From positions 512,001-576,000 of the forward strand of contig OZ244991.1 in assembly GCA_965223335.1 (NCBI GenBank): 64,000 nt of DNA, written 5' to 3'. Source of the DNA: Thermodesulfobacteriota bacterium (GTDB lineage: Bacteria > Desulfobacterota_D > UBA1144 > Nemesobacterales > UBA2774). Numbering within the stretch: position 1 is the stretch's first letter; each line of letters begins with the position of its first letter. Made by a program: the position numbers and the translations under genes. The notes beneath the pieces were generated by a model that worked only from the letters and a program-made list of their open reading frames with translations, had not been told where the DNA came from and did not search any database. This document shows, in pieces, positions 60,728-64,000 of the stretch.

Positions 60728-62767
60728 CTAACGAGCCTCTCCGACGGCTAATAATTTTTGGTATTTTCGCAAGATCGATAACGCATCAGCCCCCGTATAA
60801 ATAAAATCGTCAACCCCCACACTTTTGAGCTCATCTATCGAATCCTTGGGATACCCTGCTACTACCAAATAAGGTTTCTCAGCACCGTCCGATAGAGCGG
60901 CTGAAACTGCTTTAGCATAGTCTGGGTACTCGGCATCAGAGCTGCAAAGTACCGCTATATCGGGATTGGTGGATTTAACGGCCTCAACTGCCTGATCTAT
61001 AGTCTCAAAACCCGGGTTCTCAGTAATACTGAAACCGGCACACCCAAAGAAGTTGCCTGCAAAAGAAGCTCTGGCGTTTCGCATAGCCAGATGGCCTATT
61101 GGTATTAGAAAAACATTAATTTCACGTCCCGTCTCTTTAATGTAAAGTTCGGTTGCTAATCTCAGTTCTTCAAAACTTTGTGCACCTCGATACGAAACGA
61201 GCGGTTTTATCTCAATTGTTTCAACTTTCGAATAGGGCTTTAATAAATCACTTATCTTTACGTCTTGATCCTGAATTTTTGATATTAGATTATCGATGCT
61301 GTCGATATCACCTGTATATAGCTGCGCATCTGGGCCTGGTTTGCTCTTTTCTATCTTCTCGAGCATCGTTTCCCCGCGGTTAGGATATTGGTTCACGCCC
61401 AGAAAAACATCTTTTCTCTTGGCAGTATTCCGCTCTCTTTTTTCCCTAGTCTCGGAAATCTGATCCTGAACAAACCCGCTTTTAAGGGCGTTTATGAGCC
61501 CTCCCTCTTTTTCGACATTTAAGAAGAGCTCCCAAGAGGCCCCTGCAATTAAATCGGTCAGCGTCTCGATGTAATAAGAACCGGCCCCGGGATCAATAAC
61601 TTTGTCCAGATAGGACTCGTGCTTCACTATCAACTGAGTGTTTCGGGCCAACCTGTCCGTGAACTCGGACGAGTCAGTGTACTCAGCATCAAACGGCAGT
61701 GTTGTAAGCGTGTCACAACCACCTATTGAGCCCGCCATGGCTTCTACCGTACTCCTAAGTATGTTTACATAAGGGTCGTACACAGTCTTATTCCAGCGCG
61801 ATGTCTTGGCCTCGATTATCATTTGTACCGAGTCGGGGTTTAAACCGTTGAAAGCACCTATGATATTGGTCCATAACACCCTCGCGGCCCTAAGTTTTGC
61901 AATCTCTAGAAAGTAATCCGAGCCTATATCGAAAGAAAAACTCATATGTTTCGCAACCTGCCCCACACTCAGGTCGTTTTCCGTAAGCGCCGAGATGTAC
62001 TCGACACCCTTTGCTAGGCTAAATGAGAGCTCCTGCACAATAGAGGCCCCTGCATTCTTGTATGTACCGCTATCCACTTTGATTGCTTTAAACCCGGGCA
62101 TTGACTGATCTAGAAACTGTATGATATTCGTAACTTCTCTAAATAATTCGGTATTATTCCCGTTAGGACCCCGACCAGCTGCCTCCATCCGACCTATAGG
62201 GTCTGTATCCAGAGAGCCGCGTAATTTGCCGATATCAGCCCCACGCTGAGCAGCGACCGCAGTGAAAAGCGCCAACACAGGTGAAGGTGCCATACCGCAG
62301 ATGAAATTAATTGCAGTTTCTTCCAATGGAATATTGCTTAGCAACGAGGACATATCGCCTTTGTCTTGTATCGGGATACCGTTGGAAAGAACAGCACTAA
62401 AACCGGTTATAAACGTTACAGAATCGGTTCCGCTCTCTAAGCATTTTAGGGCAGATCGGTTCGCATCCGGGGCAGACTGTGCGCTAATTTCTTGGTTAAT
62501 AAGCCACGTGTTGCCAAGAGACTCCGAGTCCGGACTGTGGTGAATAGCATCTGTTAACCCTTCTGAGTCCCCGAGGTCCTCTAAACAATAAAAGGGCTTC
62601 ACTTTGATCTTCTCGTAGGGCTCCCAGATCAGTTTGTCTATGGAAGCACCCTTTAGATCCTGCTCTATATTTTTACTCCACTGTTCGCAACTGAGTGGGG
62701 GGAATTCGCTAAACAAGCTATCCCAGGTGGTGTTATTTTGTACGGTATCGGTAGATTTTTTATTCAT
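60728..62767 (-). CDS. mutA: Methylmalonyl-CoA mutase small (non-catalytic) subunit
   Basis: [40 protein letters not shown]; lacks DxHxxG. Confidence 0.9.
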   Translation of the reverse strand: MNKKSTDTVQNNTTWDSLFSEFPPLSCEQWSKNIEQDLKGASIDKLIWEPYEKIKVKPFYCLEDLGDSEGLTDAIHHSPDSESLGNTWLINQEISAQSAPDANRSALKCLESGTDSVTFITGFSAVLSNGIPIQDKGDMSSLLSNIPLEETAINFICGMAPSPVLALFTAVAAQRGADIGKLRGSLDTDPIGRMEAAGRGPNGNNTELFREVTNIIQFLDQSMPGFKAIKVDSGTYKNAGASIVQELSFSLAKGVEYISALTENDLSVGQVAKHMSFSFDIGSDYFLEIAKLRAARVLWTNIIGAFNGLNPDSVQMIIEAKTSRWNKTVYDPYVNILRSTVEAMAGSIGGCDTLTTLPFDAEYTDSSEFTDRLARNTQLIVKHESYLDKVIDPGAGSYYIETLTDLIAGASWELFLNVEKEGGLINALKSGFVQDQISETREKRERNTAKRKDVFLGVNQYPNRGETMLEKIEKSKPGPDAQLYTGDIDSIDNLISKIQDQDVKISDLLKPYSKVETIEIKPLVSYRGAQSFEELRLATELYIKETGREINVFLIPIGHLAMRNARASFAGNFFGCAGFSITENPGFETIDQAVEAVKSTNPDIAVLCSSDAEYPDYAKAVSAALSDGAEKPYLVVAGYPKDSIDELKSVGVDDFIYTGADALSILRKYQKLLAVGEAR

Positions 62768-62901
62768 TTTTTTGTTGGGCAGCCAGTTAGAGTAAAACCG
62801 TATACAGCATAAGTATTTCTATAATAATAAAGTAAACAAGGATAGTTGCAAATAGATATTGACTGCATGGGAGCCTGTGGTAATCTCAATCTAGTTGGAA
62901 T

Positions 62902-62916
62902 TGAATTTTAATTTCA
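62902..62916. promoter_or_regulatory. Possible Fur-type operator
   Basis: TGAATTT-T-AATTTCA 7-1-7 near-palindrome downstream of TTGACT...TGGTAATCT and upstream of an iron permease-like gene. Confidence 0.45.
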
Positions 62917-62994
62917 TTTTCTATTAATTGGGTGTAGACTTTAGGTCTGGTACAAATTCCATCATATAATCCAACACACAAAAGGGGCTTGTTA

Positions 62995-64000
62995 TTGTTC
63001 AAATATACTCGTCTTAGTATCTACTTAGCACTCTTACTGACCTTCTTACCCGCAGTCTCACATGCATCACCCGAAGCAAACCGCATCTTATCCCTGGTTG
63101 ACTACATAGGAGGGGACTATAAAAATGCCGTCCAAAACGGCGCCGTCATTAGCACTGACGAATACAACGAGATGCAGGAGTTTACCGCAGGGGCCATTTC
63201 ATATTTTGATAAACTCAAGTCAGTAGAAGGGGACAGAGCAAATATAGAACAGGATCTAGATAGCCTAAAAATAAAGATTGATAACTACGCCGGCGTAAAA
63301 GAGGTCGAGAACCTAGCAAACCAAATCAAAAACAAGATCATCATAGAGTTCGATATACAACCCTACCCCCAGAGTTCCCCCTCGTATGAAATGGGCAAAG
63401 AGCTCTACACCCGGAACTGCGCTGCTTGCCATGGCAATTACGGTGCGGGTGACGGCACTATTGCCGAGGGTCTAAACCCTCCGCCAGCCAGTTTCACAGA
63501 CATCCAAGCAGTGGGCGGATTATCGCCCTTTAAGGTATTCAATACAGTTCGGTTCGGGATAGACGGTACAGCGATGCCTGCATTCCCGGGGCTTAGGGAT
63601 GGAGACAAATGGGACATCGCATTTTATACACTCTCGCTTGGCTACAAGCCCCAGAACCTTAGCTTTACCGCTAACCTAAAGAACTCGCTTCCCCCAGAGT
63701 TAACAGATTATAAATACATTGCCGGCAAATCGAACGACGAATTAACTGCAATAATAGCCAAGCATCTCGATGAAGAGAGCAAAATCGCTGGTGCCATAGC
63801 CTATATTAGGTCCCCGGAACAAGAACCCGCAACCTCAGAGAATAAGTCCATAGCCTTCACTCGCTCGATGCTCGATAGCGCCCTAACCCTATACGGTGAG
63901 GGCAACAAAGAACAGGCATATACCACAGCCATAGAAGGCTATCTAGAGGGCTATGAAAATGTAGAGCCCGAGCTTGCTATAAAGGACAAAAATTTTGCAT
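62995..64000 (+). CDS. Cytochrome c / FTR1-family iron permease, N-terminal part (runs off the window)
   Basis: Manual translation from TTG after AAGGGG: signal peptide, LVDYIGGDYKNAVQNG...EYNEMQEF, heme motif CAACH, GTAMPAF. Confidence 0.85.
   Translation, partial: MFKYTRLSIYLALLLTFLPAVSHASPEANRILSLVDYIGGDYKNAVQNGAVISTDEYNEMQEFTAGAISYFDKLKSVEGDRANIEQDLDSLKIKIDNYAGVKEVENLANQIKNKIIIEFDIQPYPQSSPSYEMGKELYTRNCAACHGNYGAGDGTIAEGLNPPPASFTDIQAVGGLSPFKVFNTVRFGIDGTAMPAFPGLRDGDKWDIAFYTLSLGYKPQNLSFTANLKNSLPPELTDYKYIAGKSNDELTAIIAKHLDEESKIAGAIAYIRSPEQEPATSENKSIAFTRSMLDSALTLYGEGNKEQAYTTAIEGYLEGYENVEPELAIKDKNFA

Overview
Bacterial chromosomal window. Gene content and protein style suggest a Desulfobacterota-like lineage, possibly Ca. 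Dadabacteria (inference only). Most of it is housekeeping: nfi, gshB-gatCA, rsmI, rpsB-tsf-pyrH-frr, archease-rtcB-serS, bamD, two DksA/TraR paralogs, prmA-mtnA, panBCD, fbp, sbcC, a polyprenyl synthase, rimI, methylmalonyl-CoA mutase mutA-scpA-meaB, and tRNAs Ser(TGA), Cys(GCA) and Leu(TAA). Two accessory zones sit at tRNA 3' ends. One (about 4.7-11.1 kb) encodes secreted RTX-like, M23 and Cys-rich repeat proteins. The other (40.5-50.2 kb) is the best candidate for an undescribed system: three tandem two-gene units. Each pairs a secreted ~345-aa protein (A) with short hypervariable loops and a ~650-aa membrane-anchored protein (B) whose conserved scaffold carries a strongly divergent, Cys-flanked lectin-like domain; the B copies look mosaic. 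Also seen: a pan-motif-like RNA plus terminator before panB, a sigma54 promoter with an upstream palindrome before a subtilase, a dispersed ~60-bp repeat, a cytidylyltransferase/CDP-alcohol transferase/hydroxylase operon, several small ORFs, and two frameshifted genes. No CRISPR array, integrase, transposase or reverse transcriptase was found.
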